Shown here in pieces: positions 1-11,002 of a DNA stretch of 64,000 nucleotides. The first letter of the stretch is position 1. The number at the start of each line of letters is the position of its first letter. The position numbers and the translations under genes were made by a program. The notes under the pieces were generated by a model. It saw nothing but the letters and a program-made list of their open reading frames with translations, did no database searches and was not told the origin of the DNA. The stretch comes from Sulfobacillus sp. (lineage in GTDB: Bacteria > Bacillota > Sulfobacillia > Sulfobacillales > Sulfobacillaceae), in NCBI GenBank assembly GCA_027343765.1, contig DAHWKG010000098.1, forward strand, positions 46,411-110,410, read 5' to 3'.

Positions 1-37
1 CGGAGGTGCCGGCTACATGTAGAGTGGGTTCCTTCAT
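1..37 (-). CDS. 5' end of next operon gene, probably 6-phosphogluconolactonase (partial, runs off window)
   Basis: ATG at 37 overlaps the opcA stop (ATGA); reads MKEPTLHVAGTS; identity inferred only from the usual zwf-opcA-pgl order. Confidence 0.45.
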   Translation of the reverse strand, partial: MKEPTLHVAGTS

Positions 38-1053
38 GCGGTATGCGTCCTTTCCAATAGGGTGTGGCGTAAAGTCTCCTGATATAACGGATCACGTCCT
101 TCACTAAGCAACCGCGAGAGGTCATCCTCCAACGACGGATGCGCATGAGGCTCTTGCCATTCACGGGTCACCTGTTGCTCGTGCACCAGGTGAAGGCGCC
201 ACGCATCGGGGGCTTCCGTCAGAACCAGGGACCAGGAGCCGCGGCGAAATCGCCAGGCGTGACTACTCCCCTCTGCCTTTTGGACCTGAATAGAGGGATG
301 CTGGCAAGGAGGCAGTCCCATCTGCCATCCGAGCCGCCAAGACAGCCACAGCCACGAACTGGCTAATGGCCAGTCGTCGGTCTTGGGGCTGGTCACCAGC
401 ACCTCGTCGGGAGTTTCTAAAATCTGTCGAGCTTCTTCGGTCTCAAAGGCTTCGGCTAAGAGATTGCGGAACGCCAGACCCCGCGACCAATCCAAGTCTA
501 AAAGCGCCATGCGATGGTGCTCCGCTGCTTCGATGAGAAGCTGCCACTTTTCGAGAGGATGGGAAGCCGAATCAATGATCAGTGATTGAAACGTGGTGCG
601 GAGTAAATCCCAGCGAAACCTACCCTCTGGTGGGGCTGTTGTCCACCAGAGGTATGAGGGCAAATCAGAACGGATCAACGGCTGCACCCAGTCGATCCAA
701 TAGTTGGCGATGCGGCCGTAAAGACTCATGGCAATGCACTCGGAAAAGAGGAGAGGTGGCCGTCCTGAACCCCGCTCGGTTTCGACTGCGGCGTAGACCT
801 CGACGTCGAGGCGGTCGTCATCCCCGCCGGGCGCAGAGGACAGCATCAGTATTCGCGCCGGATGGGACTCGGCAATGCGGTGAGCCAGCTCCAACCATTG
901 GCGGGGCTTATCGACAAATAGCCCCAGGGTCATGACAGTCGCCGTAATCGGGGTCGCACCGTCTAGCGCTTCAGGAACGATGGCCGGAAGATGACTCAAC
1001 ACTTCCGGGCCCCGCACCTTTGCTTGTTGCCAGTGAATGATGCGTCGGGTCAC
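34..1053 (-). CDS. opcA: glucose-6-phosphate dehydrogenase assembly/effector protein OpcA
   Basis: HPARIL, PLIRSDLPSYLWW, LIIDS, DLDWSR motifs; directly downstream of zwf. Confidence 0.85.
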   Translation of the reverse strand: MTRRIIHWQQAKVRGPEVLSHLPAIVPEALDGATPITATVMTLGLFVDKPRQWLELAHRIAESHPARILMLSSAPGGDDDRLDVEVYAAVETERGSGRPPLLFSECIAMSLYGRIANYWIDWVQPLIRSDLPSYLWWTTAPPEGRFRWDLLRTTFQSLIIDSASHPLEKWQLLIEAAEHHRMALLDLDWSRGLAFRNLLAEAFETEEARQILETPDEVLVTSPKTDDWPLASSWLWLSWRLGWQMGLPPCQHPSIQVQKAEGSSHAWRFRRGSWSLVLTEAPDAWRLHLVHEQQVTREWQEPHAHPSLEDDLSRLLSEGRDPLYQETLRHTLLERTHTA

Positions 1054-1076
1054 CCGTCCTGCCTCCTTTCAGCCAT

Positions 1077-2606
1077 CTAGGGTCGGCGCCAGTGAAAACC
1101 ATCACGCTGGATTAAGAGATCCGCTTCCTCAGGTCCCCACGATCCCGATTCGTAGGTGGGGATAGGCCCGCGGGCGCGTTGCCAACCGTGCAGAATGGAT
1201 GAGACCAGCGCCCAGGCGGATTCCACCTCATCCTTTCGGGTAAATAGCGTCGAGTCGCCAATCATCGCATCCAGTAATAGGCGCTCGTAGGCTTCCGGAG
1301 GTGTGCCAGCGAATGAGGTGCCATACAGAAATTCCATATTGACGGTCCGCACACGGATTTCTGGCCCGGGAACCTTGGCCCCAAAGCGTAAGGAGATGCC
1401 CTCGTCCGGCTGAATCTTTAAGGTGAGCAGATTGGGCGCCAACTCGGGGGTATCTGTCTGGCGAAAGAACCGATGCGGGGCGGTCTTAAACTGAATGGCG
1501 ATCTCCGTGGCCCGCTTGGCCAGACGCTTTCCAGTGCGAAGGTAAAAAGGAACACCCGCCCAACGCCAATTGTCGATGAGAAGTCTCAAGGCCACGTAGG
1601 AATCCGTCCGGCTATCCGACGCAATGTCCGGTTCATCTAAATATCCGGGCACGATTTCGCCATCCACGGACCCCTTCTCGTACTGGGCGCGCACGGTGTA
1701 ATCGGCGACATCGCGGGTTGAGAAGGGGCGAATGGAGCGCAGAACCTTAACCTTTTCATCCCGGACGGCGTCCGCTTCAAAGGCCACCGGCGGTTCCATG
1801 GCAATCAACGACACCAACTGTAGCATGTGATTTTGTACCATGTCTCGTAAGGCCCCGGCTTGATCGTAATAGGAACCTCGTCCCGCTACCCCTAACGACT
1901 CAGCCACGGTGATTTGCACATGGTCGATATATTGTCGGGTCCATAGGGGCTCAAAGATCCCATTGGCAAATCGGAAGACCAAGATATTCTGGACCGTCTC
2001 TTTGCCCAGATAGTGGTCGATACGATAGATTTGAGATTCATCGAACACTAGGTGAAGATCCTGGTTGAGCGCCACCGCCGAATCAAGGTCGTGGCCGAAA
2101 GGCTTTTCGACGATGATGCGTACCCAATGCGCACTGTCCTGAGGTTTGGCGAGTCCTACGCGACCCAGATGCTCCGCGATGATCGGATAGGCCGACGGGG
2201 GAGTAGCCAGATAAAACAGGAAGTTTTGCGGAAAGTGCCCATCGGGGTCGTGCAACAAGGCTTCCAACGCCTGGTAGGCATCGGCGTCGGTAAAGTCTTG
2301 GGTGAGGTAGTGGGTGTTGGCTAAAAGCTTATCCAAGACCGCCTTGTCGGGAGGGCGGCGCGAATGTTCCTGAATGGCCTGTCCGACCTCCTGGCGAAAT
2401 TCTTGGTCCTTATAGGATCGACGGGCGACGCCGATAATGCGGCAATCACCCGCCAGCCAATTGTCCACCATGAGGTTATAGACGGCCGGGAAGAGCTTAC
2501 GGTGAGCGAGATCGCCAGCCGCACCGAAGATGACAAAGGTGAAGGGCTCCGGTCGACGCCGGGCGCCCAGCCCTTCTTTTAGTGGATTCTCCATCACTGT
2601 GTCCAT
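1077..2606 (-). CDS. zwf: glucose-6-phosphate 1-dehydrogenase
   Basis: GAAGDLA, EKPFG, RIDHYLGKE, RWAGVPFYLRTGK; start moved to MDTVMEN (2606; GTG at 2609 also possible) behind GGGGA RBS. Confidence 0.97.
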   Translation of the reverse strand: MDTVMENPLKEGLGARRRPEPFTFVIFGAAGDLAHRKLFPAVYNLMVDNWLAGDCRIIGVARRSYKDQEFRQEVGQAIQEHSRRPPDKAVLDKLLANTHYLTQDFTDADAYQALEALLHDPDGHFPQNFLFYLATPPSAYPIIAEHLGRVGLAKPQDSAHWVRIIVEKPFGHDLDSAVALNQDLHLVFDESQIYRIDHYLGKETVQNILVFRFANGIFEPLWTRQYIDHVQITVAESLGVAGRGSYYDQAGALRDMVQNHMLQLVSLIAMEPPVAFEADAVRDEKVKVLRSIRPFSTRDVADYTVRAQYEKGSVDGEIVPGYLDEPDIASDSRTDSYVALRLLIDNWRWAGVPFYLRTGKRLAKRATEIAIQFKTAPHRFFRQTDTPELAPNLLTLKIQPDEGISLRFGAKVPGPEIRVRTVNMEFLYGTSFAGTPPEAYERLLLDAMIGDSTLFTRKDEVESAWALVSSILHGWQRARGPIPTYESGSWGPEEADLLIQRDGFHWRRP

Positions 2607-2625
2607 CACGCTTAATCGTCCCCGT

Positions 2626-3522
2626 TCATTCGTTGTGAATTGCGTGGCCGCCAAATTGATTGCGGAGGGCGGCGATAACCTTGGCTGAATACGATTCGTC
2701 CTGTCGAGAGGAAAAACGGGAGAATAGGGAGAGGGTAATGACAGGCGCGGGCACGTTTTCGTTAATCGCTTCGAATACGGTCCACCGCCCTTCGCCGGAA
2801 TCATCCACGTAACCCTTCACGTGGTCGAGGTGGGGGTTCTCGCGGTAGGCCCCGGCGAGCAACTCCAAGAGCCAACTTCGAACCACTGATCCATGGTTCC
2901 AGAGTTCCGCGACCTTTGGTAGGTCAATGGGGAACTCCGAGGCCTGCATGATTTCGAAGCCTTCGCCGTAGGCTTGCAAGAGCCCATACTCAATGCCGTT
3001 GTGGACCATTTTCACGAAATGCCCTGAACCCACCGGTCCCACATGCATATACCCATCCTCGGGAGCCAAGTCCTTAAAGATGGGTTCCGCCGTCCTGACG
3101 GCCGAATCCTCTCCTCCGACCATGAGACAATAGCCGATCTTTAAGCCCCAAACGCCGCCGCTGGTCCCCGCATCGAGAAAGGCAATGCCTTTGTTTAGGG
3201 CGTCCTGGCCCCGGCGCATCGAGTCTCGGAAATTGGAATTGCCGCCGTCAATGATAATGTCCCCCGGGGAGAGCTTGGCGATGAGCGTTTGGATCGTCTC
3301 CTCGGTCACCTTGCCTGCCGGAACCATGACCCAGACAATACGGGGTGTCGATAGTTTCTCGGTTACGGCGTCCAAGCTCTCTACCGGCTCGGCCCCCTCT
3401 TGCTGGAGCCTTTGACGGGCTTCCTGATTGGGATCATAGACCACTACCTGGTGGCCCTTTTGTAAAAGCCGTTCCGCCATATTGCCGCCCATACGGCCTA
3501 AACCAACCATGGCGAGTTTCAT
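2626..3522 (-). CDS. gnd: 6-phosphogluconate dehydrogenase, decarboxylating (short type)
   Basis: GLGRMG, DGGNS, GHFVKMVHNGIEYG, RNQFGGH. Confidence 0.95.
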   Translation of the reverse strand: MKLAMVGLGRMGGNMAERLLQKGHQVVVYDPNQEARQRLQQEGAEPVESLDAVTEKLSTPRIVWVMVPAGKVTEETIQTLIAKLSPGDIIIDGGNSNFRDSMRRGQDALNKGIAFLDAGTSGGVWGLKIGYCLMVGGEDSAVRTAEPIFKDLAPEDGYMHVGPVGSGHFVKMVHNGIEYGLLQAYGEGFEIMQASEFPIDLPKVAELWNHGSVVRSWLLELLAGAYRENPHLDHVKGYVDDSGEGRWTVFEAINENVPAPVITLSLFSRFSSRQDESYSAKVIAALRNQFGGHAIHNE

Positions 3523-3547
3523 TGAGCATCCGCCTCCTTGTTATTCG

Positions 3548-6316
3548 TTATCCCAGCCAGCCGCTCAGGGTTTCAATGGCGGTGCTGGTCGGGTGGGGCG
3601 CTAAGATTCGCACCACCGGCCGCCCGTGAGCCTCCAACGATTGAAAGTCTCCCAGGGCTTGAGCTTGCATCAGGGTTAGGAAATTGTAGCCATCCCCAGG
3701 CACCTCAAGATGGGGGCCATCTTGAGCAACAATTTGCACGAACAGTCCAGTGGCCGGTCCACCTTTATGCAACTGGCCCGTACTATGCAAAAATCGGGGC
3801 CCATAGCCCAGTGTTGTCGGGCGTCCCGTCGCACCGCTTAGGCGCCGACGTAGGTCAGCCAGCGCTTGGTCAGACTGATGGGTTGGCTCGATATAGGCCA
3901 TGATCGCGATGTAGCTTGAACTACCAGCCAAATCATAGAGAGCCTTCAAGGTATCCTTTAGCGTCCCTTGCTTAATCGCTTGGGAAGCGGTCCACTGAAT
4001 TCCGTTGGATGCCTCTTCCCGACTCTCCGGCGGTAATTTGCCTCCATCGAGTTTACCTAAGATGGCTTTGGTGTTATCTTTGCTTTCTTGAACGTTTGGC
4101 TGGTCAAAGGCGTCAATGTGGAGGATCGCACCGGCCATGGCCGTGGCCACTTCCCAACGGTAGAATTCTTGCGCCACTTGATAGGGGTTGGAGATTCGAT
4201 AATGGATCACCGGATGACCGGCCTCCGCCAATGCTTTGGGGTCTTCAGGCGGGGCTTGGTCACCCCATTGATAAACCACGAATACCCGATCGTGGCTATA
4301 AGAGTGGATGTCTTGCTTGGGCTCGTGTGCGATGGGTACAAGACCCGTGCCTAATTTGCCGGTGGATTCGGCCAAGAGTTGCTCTAGCCAATCTCCTAGA
4401 TGACTCACGGTCTCGGGCATAATCAACGTGACCTTGTCCCGGCCATCCTTCGCGAGTGCCCCCAACGTAGCCCCCAAGCGTGCGGCTTGGTTTTCCGACG
4501 CATCGGGAATCTCCGAGGCCGTCTTCATGGTCAAGGATTCGCTTAAAAGTCGCCGGACATCCAAACCGTAAAGGGTGGCGGGCACCATGCCAAACCACGA
4601 GAGGGCAGAGTACCGACCGCCGATATCGGATGGATTCAAAAACACCTGCCGGAATCCTTTGGCCTCGGCTTCTTTGGCCATCTGGGTTCCGGGATCAGTA
4701 ATGGCGATAAATTGTCGGGCGGGATTTAGTCCTTGCCGCTCCAACAGATGCCAGAAATAATGATAGAACGCGTTGGGCTCGGTCGTGGTTCCGGACTTGC
4801 TGGCCACGATAAAAAGCGTGTGTCCCAGCGGGAGCCGGTGACTCAAGTGATCAATGGCACTGGGATCGGTCGTGTCGAGGACATGCAATCGGAGCCCAGG
4901 CTTCCCAACCGGGAAGGTATGGACCAAAACATCCGACACCAAACTGGAACCGCCCATACCAAGAACGACGGCGTCCTGGAATCCCTCCAAGAGAAGTTGG
5001 TTAAAGAACGTGTGCATCCGGGGCACGTCTTCGAGGACTTGGCCGGGAACGGTCAGCCAACCTAACGCGTTCTTGATGATCGCATGGTGTTTCGGGTCGT
5101 CAGACCACAATGTAGGGTCGTGCTCTAAGAGACGAGGCACGGCGCGATCGTGATTTAGCTTGTCGACCGCATCCCGCACCACGTTCTCCAAAGAGCCGAG
5201 GTAAAAGGTGCCCTCGCTCACTTTATGGGCGGTGCTTTTTTTTTCCAGACTTTCGCGCAAGGCCACGAACGACTTGTGGAAACTTTTCACTCCTTCATCT
5301 AACAACTGGGCTGTGACTTTTTTCATGGAGATGCCGTTTCGCTCGAGAGCGTCAATCACCTGTCGTGCTTCCTCTACGCCCTGGTCGATGGTCCGAGAGA
5401 CCTTGCTGTGGTCCAAAATCGCATCCACGGTGGCCGGGGGAAGAGTGTCTACGGTATCGGGTCCGATGAGCGCCTCCACGTACAGAAGGTCCGGATAGGC
5501 GGGGTTTTTGGTGCTGGTTGAGGCCCACAACGGGCGTTGAACCATCGCCCCGGCGGCCTTCAAGGGCGCGAATTCCGGGCCGTTAAACCGCTCTAAGAAG
5601 AGCTGATAGGCGAGCCTGGCATTGGCGATGGCGGCCTTCCCTTGGAGCGTTTTGTCGGTTCCTTGTTCCTCAATCAGTCGGTCCACCAACGTGTCTACGC
5701 GGCTGACAAAGAAGCTTGCCACCGATGCCACGCGGTCCAGCGGAAGTCCTTTCATGTGCCGATCCTTGAGACCAGCCAAATAGGCATCGATAACGGCACT
5801 GTACGCTTCGAGGCTAAAGATCAGGGTTACGTTGACGTTGATGCCATCCTGAATGAGCTGTCGGATGGCGGGAATGCCCTCTTTTGTGGCGGGCACCTTA
5901 ATCATCACGTTCGGGCGATTAAGCGCTTCATAGAGTCGGTGCGCCTCCTTCACTGTCGCCTCAGTGTCTTCCGCCAAGGTGGGCGGCACCTCGATCGAGA
6001 TGTATCCATCCTTGCCCTTGGTGCTTTCATAGACGGGGCGGAGGAGGTCGGCGCCACGGGCAATGTCCTCCCAAACCAAGGCGTCGTAGAGCGCGTCAAT
6101 CGATGGCACGGTGGGTGCTAACTTCTCAATGGCGGCATCATAGTCGTGCGAACCATCGATCGCCTTTTCGAAAATGGTGGGGTTGGACGTGACGCCAGTA
6201 ATACCTTTGGCAATGAGTCCCGCCAACTCGCCCGAGTCTAGGAGCCCGCGGCGAATATTATCATACCAAAGACTCTGTCCCAACTCCTGAATCTGATGAA
6301 TGGGATTCACTATCAT
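3548..6316 (-). CDS. bifunctional transaldolase / glucose-6-phosphate isomerase
   Basis: N-half GVTSNPTIF, MIKVPAT, NVTLIFS, RPLWASTSTK; C-half GMGGS, SKSGTTTE, GGRYS, EQLLAESTGK, DQPNVQESK. Confidence 0.93.
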   Translation of the reverse strand: MIVNPIHQIQELGQSLWYDNIRRGLLDSGELAGLIAKGITGVTSNPTIFEKAIDGSHDYDAAIEKLAPTVPSIDALYDALVWEDIARGADLLRPVYESTKGKDGYISIEVPPTLAEDTEATVKEAHRLYEALNRPNVMIKVPATKEGIPAIRQLIQDGINVNVTLIFSLEAYSAVIDAYLAGLKDRHMKGLPLDRVASVASFFVSRVDTLVDRLIEEQGTDKTLQGKAAIANARLAYQLFLERFNGPEFAPLKAAGAMVQRPLWASTSTKNPAYPDLLYVEALIGPDTVDTLPPATVDAILDHSKVSRTIDQGVEEARQVIDALERNGISMKKVTAQLLDEGVKSFHKSFVALRESLEKKSTAHKVSEGTFYLGSLENVVRDAVDKLNHDRAVPRLLEHDPTLWSDDPKHHAIIKNALGWLTVPGQVLEDVPRMHTFFNQLLLEGFQDAVVLGMGGSSLVSDVLVHTFPVGKPGLRLHVLDTTDPSAIDHLSHRLPLGHTLFIVASKSGTTTEPNAFYHYFWHLLERQGLNPARQFIAITDPGTQMAKEAEAKGFRQVFLNPSDIGGRYSALSWFGMVPATLYGLDVRRLLSESLTMKTASEIPDASENQAARLGATLGALAKDGRDKVTLIMPETVSHLGDWLEQLLAESTGKLGTGLVPIAHEPKQDIHSYSHDRVFVVYQWGDQAPPEDPKALAEAGHPVIHYRISNPYQVAQEFYRWEVATAMAGAILHIDAFDQPNVQESKDNTKAILGKLDGGKLPPESREEASNGIQWTASQAIKQGTLKDTLKALYDLAGSSSYIAIMAYIEPTHQSDQALADLRRRLSGATGRPTTLGYGPRFLHSTGQLHKGGPATGLFVQIVAQDGPHLEVPGDGYNFLTLMQAQALGDFQSLEAHGRPVVRILAPHPTSTAIETLSGWLG

Positions 6317-6337
6317 CCCTCCTAATCTCTTCGTAGG

Positions 6338-8326
6338 TTAATGCTTTAGTAGGTGGTGCGCGGTATCAACCACGTGCTCGGGGGTGAACCCAAACTCCCG
6401 GAATAAGGTTTCGGCAGGAGCCGAGGCGCCGAAATGATTCAGGCCGATAACCACACCATGTTCTCCGACATATTTGTCCCATCCGAGCGGAGACGCCGCT
6501 TCAACAGCAATACGCCGGGCATTGGGCGGAAGAACCGAGGTGCGGTAGTCTTCGGGCTGTTGGTCAAATATTTCCCAGCAGGGGAAGGAGACCACACGAA
6601 CTCTGACCCCTTCATGCTGAAGTTTTTGTCCGGCGGCCAGGATAACACCCACCTCGGAACCCGATGCCATGAGGATCAGGTCTGGGTCGGACCCCGACTC
6701 CCAAAGCACATAAGCACCTCGGGAGAGACCTTCCGTCTTCTCCGATGGTAACGCTGCTACCTTTTGTCGCGTAAACGCGAGTGCGATGGGATGATCGACG
6801 GTGCTTAGGGCGAGCTTCCAAGCCTCTCGCGTTTCATTGGGATCGGCGGGACGCACCACATACAACCCGGGTATCGCCCGTAAGGCTGCCAATTGCTCAA
6901 TGGGCTGGTGGGTGGGGCCATCCTCGCCCAATCCAATCGAGTCGTGGGTAAACACGTAGATGACGGGTTGGTGCATCAGCGCTGCCAGGCGAATGGGGGG
7001 CCGCATATAGTCGGAAAAAATCAGGAAAGTCCCTCCGTAAGCCCGAATCCCCCCGTGGAGTACCATCCCGTTCAGGGCTGCTCCCATGGCATGTTCGCGA
7101 ACCCCGAAATGAAAATTTCGGCCTTCAGGATGTTCGCTGTCGAAGTCTCCGCCCCCCTTGATGGTGGTGTTGTTCGAGGGAGCGAGGTCGGCTGAACCGC
7201 CAATGAGGGTTGGCAGGTGGGCTGCCAGGCGGTTTAATACGTCGCCGGACGCGGCGCGTGTGGCAAGCGACGTACCCTCGTCCCACACCGGTAAATCGGT
7301 GAAAATCCCAGAGGGAAGGGCGCGACGAAGGGCATTGTCCAACTCTTGGGCGAGATCCGGGTATTGCTCGCGGTATTGCTGGTAGAGGCGGTTCCATTCC
7401 GCCTCCCATTCGTTGCCGTTTTGAACCGCTTGCCGGAAGAGGGCCAATGCATCGTCAGGCACATAAAAAGGCTTGTCGGTCGGAAGACCCAGCGCTTCCT
7501 TGGTGAGTTTCGCCTCCTCCGCTCCCAAAGCCTCCCCGTGAGCCTTAGGCGTGTCCTGACGGTTGGGGCTGCCGTAGCCGATAATGGTGCGGACTGCTAT
7601 CAAAGACGGTCGAGGGTCGGCCTGGGCTTTCTTGATCGCTTCCTCTATGGCGTCGACGTCGTTGCCGTCGGAAACCCGTTCGGTATGCCAGCCATAGGCC
7701 TGAAATCGTTTCAACACATCCTCGCGGAAGGCAATGTCGGTATGTCCTTCAATCGACACGTGGTTGTCGTCATAGAGATAGATGATCTTACCCAAGGAGA
7801 GCGTACCAGCGAGCGAAGCGGATTCCGCCGAGACCCCTTCCATTAGATCACCGTCGGAAACGACGGCATAGGTATAGTGATCGATTATGTTAAACCCCGG
7901 CTTATTATACCGAGCCGCCAAATAGGCTTCAGCGATGGCCATCCCCACGCCCGTGGCGAAACCTTGTCCGAGCGGTCCGGTGGTCGTTTCCACTCCAGGA
8001 GTCAGACCGTATTCGGGATGCCCCGGAGTCTTCGACTGCCAATGACGGAACCGTTTGAGTTCATCCAATGGCAAGTCATACCCGGTCAGATACAAAAGGG
8101 AGTATAGTAGCATTGAGCCGTGTCCGGCGGACAACACGAATCGGTCGCGGTTGAGCCAATGGGGATTATGAGGGTTATGGCGGAGAAATTTCGTCCACAA
8201 TGTGTAGGCCATGGGTGCCGCACCCAAGGGCAACCCTGGATGTCCGGACTGCGCGGCTTCCACACCGTCGATGGCGAGTCCGCGAATCGTATTAATCGCT
8301 CGCTGTTCAAGGGATTGATGGTCCAT
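6338..8326 (-). CDS. tkt: transketolase
   Basis: [24 protein letters not shown]-like TPP motif, [16 protein letters not shown]; start MDHQSL behind AGGAGG. Confidence 0.97.
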   Translation of the reverse strand: MDHQSLEQRAINTIRGLAIDGVEAAQSGHPGLPLGAAPMAYTLWTKFLRHNPHNPHWLNRDRFVLSAGHGSMLLYSLLYLTGYDLPLDELKRFRHWQSKTPGHPEYGLTPGVETTTGPLGQGFATGVGMAIAEAYLAARYNKPGFNIIDHYTYAVVSDGDLMEGVSAESASLAGTLSLGKIIYLYDDNHVSIEGHTDIAFREDVLKRFQAYGWHTERVSDGNDVDAIEEAIKKAQADPRPSLIAVRTIIGYGSPNRQDTPKAHGEALGAEEAKLTKEALGLPTDKPFYVPDDALALFRQAVQNGNEWEAEWNRLYQQYREQYPDLAQELDNALRRALPSGIFTDLPVWDEGTSLATRAASGDVLNRLAAHLPTLIGGSADLAPSNNTTIKGGGDFDSEHPEGRNFHFGVREHAMGAALNGMVLHGGIRAYGGTFLIFSDYMRPPIRLAALMHQPVIYVFTHDSIGLGEDGPTHQPIEQLAALRAIPGLYVVRPADPNETREAWKLALSTVDHPIALAFTRQKVAALPSEKTEGLSRGAYVLWESGSDPDLILMASGSEVGVILAAGQKLQHEGVRVRVVSFPCWEIFDQQPEDYRTSVLPPNARRIAVEAASPLGWDKYVGEHGVVIGLNHFGASAPAETLFREFGFTPEHVVDTAHHLLKH

Positions 8327-8472
8327 CTGGCTAACCTCCTGTTCCGGGTCATGAGCCCTATATTGACCCGGGGGATGTGATTCCTTAGGGTTATTGTAGT
8401 GAACCTGCTTCATACTGGCAACGGAAGCCAATTTTCGTCGATTTTTAGAGGCGATTCTGAGGAGGAGCTTGG

Positions 8473-9414
8473 GTGGCTGATTATATAGCGATTGATGTGG
8501 GGGGCACGAAGATTGCGATCGGGGTGGGCACCGAGTCAGGTGAGTTTAAGGCGACCCGGGTACTTCCCACCAATCCCGGGTGGGACCTCGAGACGGTTGC
8601 CTGTGAAATTGACGACGGGGTTAAAGGTGTCGTTAAGGATGCGCAAGTTGGCCTGGATCGCATCCGCTACGTAGGGCTCGGCTCGCCTGGACCATTGGAC
8701 GGGTCCGTGTTGCTGGAAGCCTCTAACCTACACGGATGGAAGGGGCTTGACTGGCGAAAGAGCTTGGAATCCGTCTTGGGTCGCCCGGTGGCGGTGCAGA
8801 ATGATGCCACGGCGGCTGGCCTGGGAGAGTGGCGTTTTGGGGCAGGGCGGGGGACAAAGCACTGCATCTATGTGACAGTCTCGACCGGAATTGGGGCGGG
8901 CATTGTGGTTGATGGGGCGCTTTATGCAGGGTCTCATGGCAATGCCGGCGAATTTGGCCATCTGGTCCTGAAGACCGATGGCCCGGAGTGCCCGGCTGGC
9001 CATCGGGGTTGTTTGGAAAGTTTAGCGTCAGGTACGGCCATTGCCCGTCAGGGGCGGGAGCGTCAGCAGGATAGCGACTATTTGCGGCACGTCGCGGAGA
9101 TCGAGACCAAAACCGTGTTTGAGGGCTTCGAACAGGGCGATGCGGTCGCCGAACAAATTATCCACGAGGCGGCCGATTGGCTGGGGTTAGGGCTCTCTTA
9201 CCTCATAAATTTGTTCAATCCGGAAAAGATTATTTTAGGCGGTGGTGTCGCTACCCATGCGCCGGCTGTCTACCGTGAGCGCGCTTGGAACAGGGCCCGC
9301 ACATGGTCCTTAAAGGCCATGATTGACGTGGCTCAGTTGGTGCCGGCGGAGCTAGGAGGCGATTCGGGTCTTAAAGGGGCGTTAGCCGTAGCCATCGCAG
9401 CGGACAACGATTGA
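8473..9414 (+). CDS. ROK-family sugar kinase (probable glucokinase)
   Basis: [31 protein letters not shown] motif; divergent from the PPP operon. Confidence 0.88.
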   Translation: MADYIAIDVGGTKIAIGVGTESGEFKATRVLPTNPGWDLETVACEIDDGVKGVVKDAQVGLDRIRYVGLGSPGPLDGSVLLEASNLHGWKGLDWRKSLESVLGRPVAVQNDATAAGLGEWRFGAGRGTKHCIYVTVSTGIGAGIVVDGALYAGSHGNAGEFGHLVLKTDGPECPAGHRGCLESLASGTAIARQGRERQQDSDYLRHVAEIETKTVFEGFEQGDAVAEQIIHEAADWLGLGLSYLINLFNPEKIILGGGVATHAPAVYRERAWNRARTWSLKAMIDVAQLVPAELGGDSGLKGALAVAIAADND

Positions 9415-9447
9415 TGTGTCATGTGAACTCTACACCTTCCGTTTTGA

Positions 9448-9477
9448 TTGACACGTTTTGTAACGTATACATATAAT
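9448..9477 (+). promoter_or_regulatory. sigmaA promoter of glnA
   Basis: TTGACA (9448-9453), 18 nt, TATAAT (9472-9477): both hexamers are perfect consensus. Confidence 0.8.
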
Positions 9478-9540
9478 CTAATCGTGTTTGTAAGATTTTC
9501 GGATAAACCTGACAAGGTGACGGAACGAGGGGGAAATTCG

Positions 9541-10956
9541 GTGCAAGCTACAGACGTGATTCGTCTTATTCGCGAAAAGAATATCGAGATGGTGGATTTT
9601 CATATCGTTGACGTTCCGGGAACTTGGCAGCACGTGACGTTGCCGGTTAGTGAAGTGGATGAAGAGACCCTCACCCGCGGAATTCCATTTGACGGTTCGA
9701 GTATTCGCGGGTTTCGGGGTATTGAAGAGAGTGACATGATTATGGTCCCCGATCCCCAAACGGCGGTCGTGGATCCGTTTCATAATGTGCCCACCTTAAG
9801 CATCATCTGCGATGTGACCGATCCTGACGGAGTGCCCTATCAACGGGACCCACGACGGGTGGCGAGAAACGCGGAGGAATATTTAAAGACCAGTGGTATT
9901 GCCGACACGTCATATTGGGGCCCAGAGCTCGAATTTTTCATTTTTGATTCTGTGCGATTTATTAATCAGGGACACCATGCGCTGTACGAACTCGATTCCG
10001 CCGAAGGTCACTGGAACTCGGGCCGCGAAGGCGGTCTCGGGCTAACCATCCGCCCCAAAGAAGGCTATTTCCCCCCGAGTCCGGTAGACCAAACGCACCA
10101 TCTGCGCACGGCTATGGTCAAGGCGCTACAGCAATTTGGCATCCGTGTCGAAATGCATCACCACGAGGTGGCCAGCGGTGGGCAAGGAGAAATTGACCTC
10201 CGCTTCAACACCTTGCTTCGCCAAGCGGACACGGTGATGGAATACAAGTATGTGCTACGCAATGTGGCTAATCAGCATGGGAAGGCCATAACCTTCATGC
10301 CTAAGCCTATCTATGGGGACAACGGCAATGGCATGCACGTCCACCAATCCCTATGGAAAGATGGTCAACCCCTATTTTATGACGCCAACGGCTATGCGCG
10401 GCTTTCGGATCTGGCGCTCCATTACATTGCGGGAGTGTTGTCCCATGCGCCCGCGTTATTAGCGCTGACCAACCCATCGACCAATTCTTATCGCCGTTTG
10501 GTACCGGGCTACGAGGCGCCGGTTAATATAGTCTTCTCGCATGGCAATCGCTCCGCTGCCATCCGCATTCCCCGCACCAACGAGCCCAAGGCGAGTCGTA
10601 TCGAGTTCCGCACTCCGGACGCTACGGCCAACCCGTATCTCGCGTTCGCGGCCATCCTGATGGCTGGGCTGGACGGGGTTAAGAAGAAACTAGACCCGGT
10701 GAAACTCGGTTTTGGGCCGATGGACCGGAATATCTACGCCTTGAGCGCTGAGGAGCTGGCCAAAATCGGCAGTGTTCCCGGATCGTTGGGTGAGGCGTTG
10801 GAAAATCTTCGCCACGATCATGACTGGTTGACGGAAGGCGGGGTTTTCACCGAGGATTTGGTGCAAACATGGATTGACTACAAGCGGAAGTCGGAAGTCG
10901 ATGCCGTTAATCTGCGCCCACATCCGATGGAGTTTGAACTCTATTTCAACAGTTAA
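9541..10956 (+). CDS. glnA: type I glutamine synthetase
   Basis: FDGSSI, GPELEF, HHHEVA, FMPKP, NGMHVH, NSYRRLVPGYEAP, NRSAAIRIP, IEFR; GTG start at 9541. Confidence 0.97.
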   Translation: MQATDVIRLIREKNIEMVDFHIVDVPGTWQHVTLPVSEVDEETLTRGIPFDGSSIRGFRGIEESDMIMVPDPQTAVVDPFHNVPTLSIICDVTDPDGVPYQRDPRRVARNAEEYLKTSGIADTSYWGPELEFFIFDSVRFINQGHHALYELDSAEGHWNSGREGGLGLTIRPKEGYFPPSPVDQTHHLRTAMVKALQQFGIRVEMHHHEVASGGQGEIDLRFNTLLRQADTVMEYKYVLRNVANQHGKAITFMPKPIYGDNGNGMHVHQSLWKDGQPLFYDANGYARLSDLALHYIAGVLSHAPALLALTNPSTNSYRRLVPGYEAPVNIVFSHGNRSAAIRIPRTNEPKASRIEFRTPDATANPYLAFAAILMAGLDGVKKKLDPVKLGFGPMDRNIYALSAEELAKIGSVPGSLGEALENLRHDHDWLTEGGVFTEDLVQTWIDYKRKSEVDAVNLRPHPMEFELYFNS

Positions 10957-10961
10957 AGTGC

Positions 10962-10990
10962 TTGAAATGTTGGCCGATCTTCGGTATAAT
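10962..10990 (+). promoter_or_regulatory. sigmaA promoter of tRNA-Leu
   Basis: TTGAAA, 17 nt, TATAAT just upstream of the tRNA. Confidence 0.75.
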
Positions 10991-11002
10991 TACTGAGTCG
11001 GC

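Noticed and set aside
2607-2804. N-terminal extensions in the ORF track (zwf, also tkt, glnA, trxB, purE, asnO, ldh)
   Set aside because: Overlap neighbouring genes or promoters; better RBS-linked starts match family N-termini
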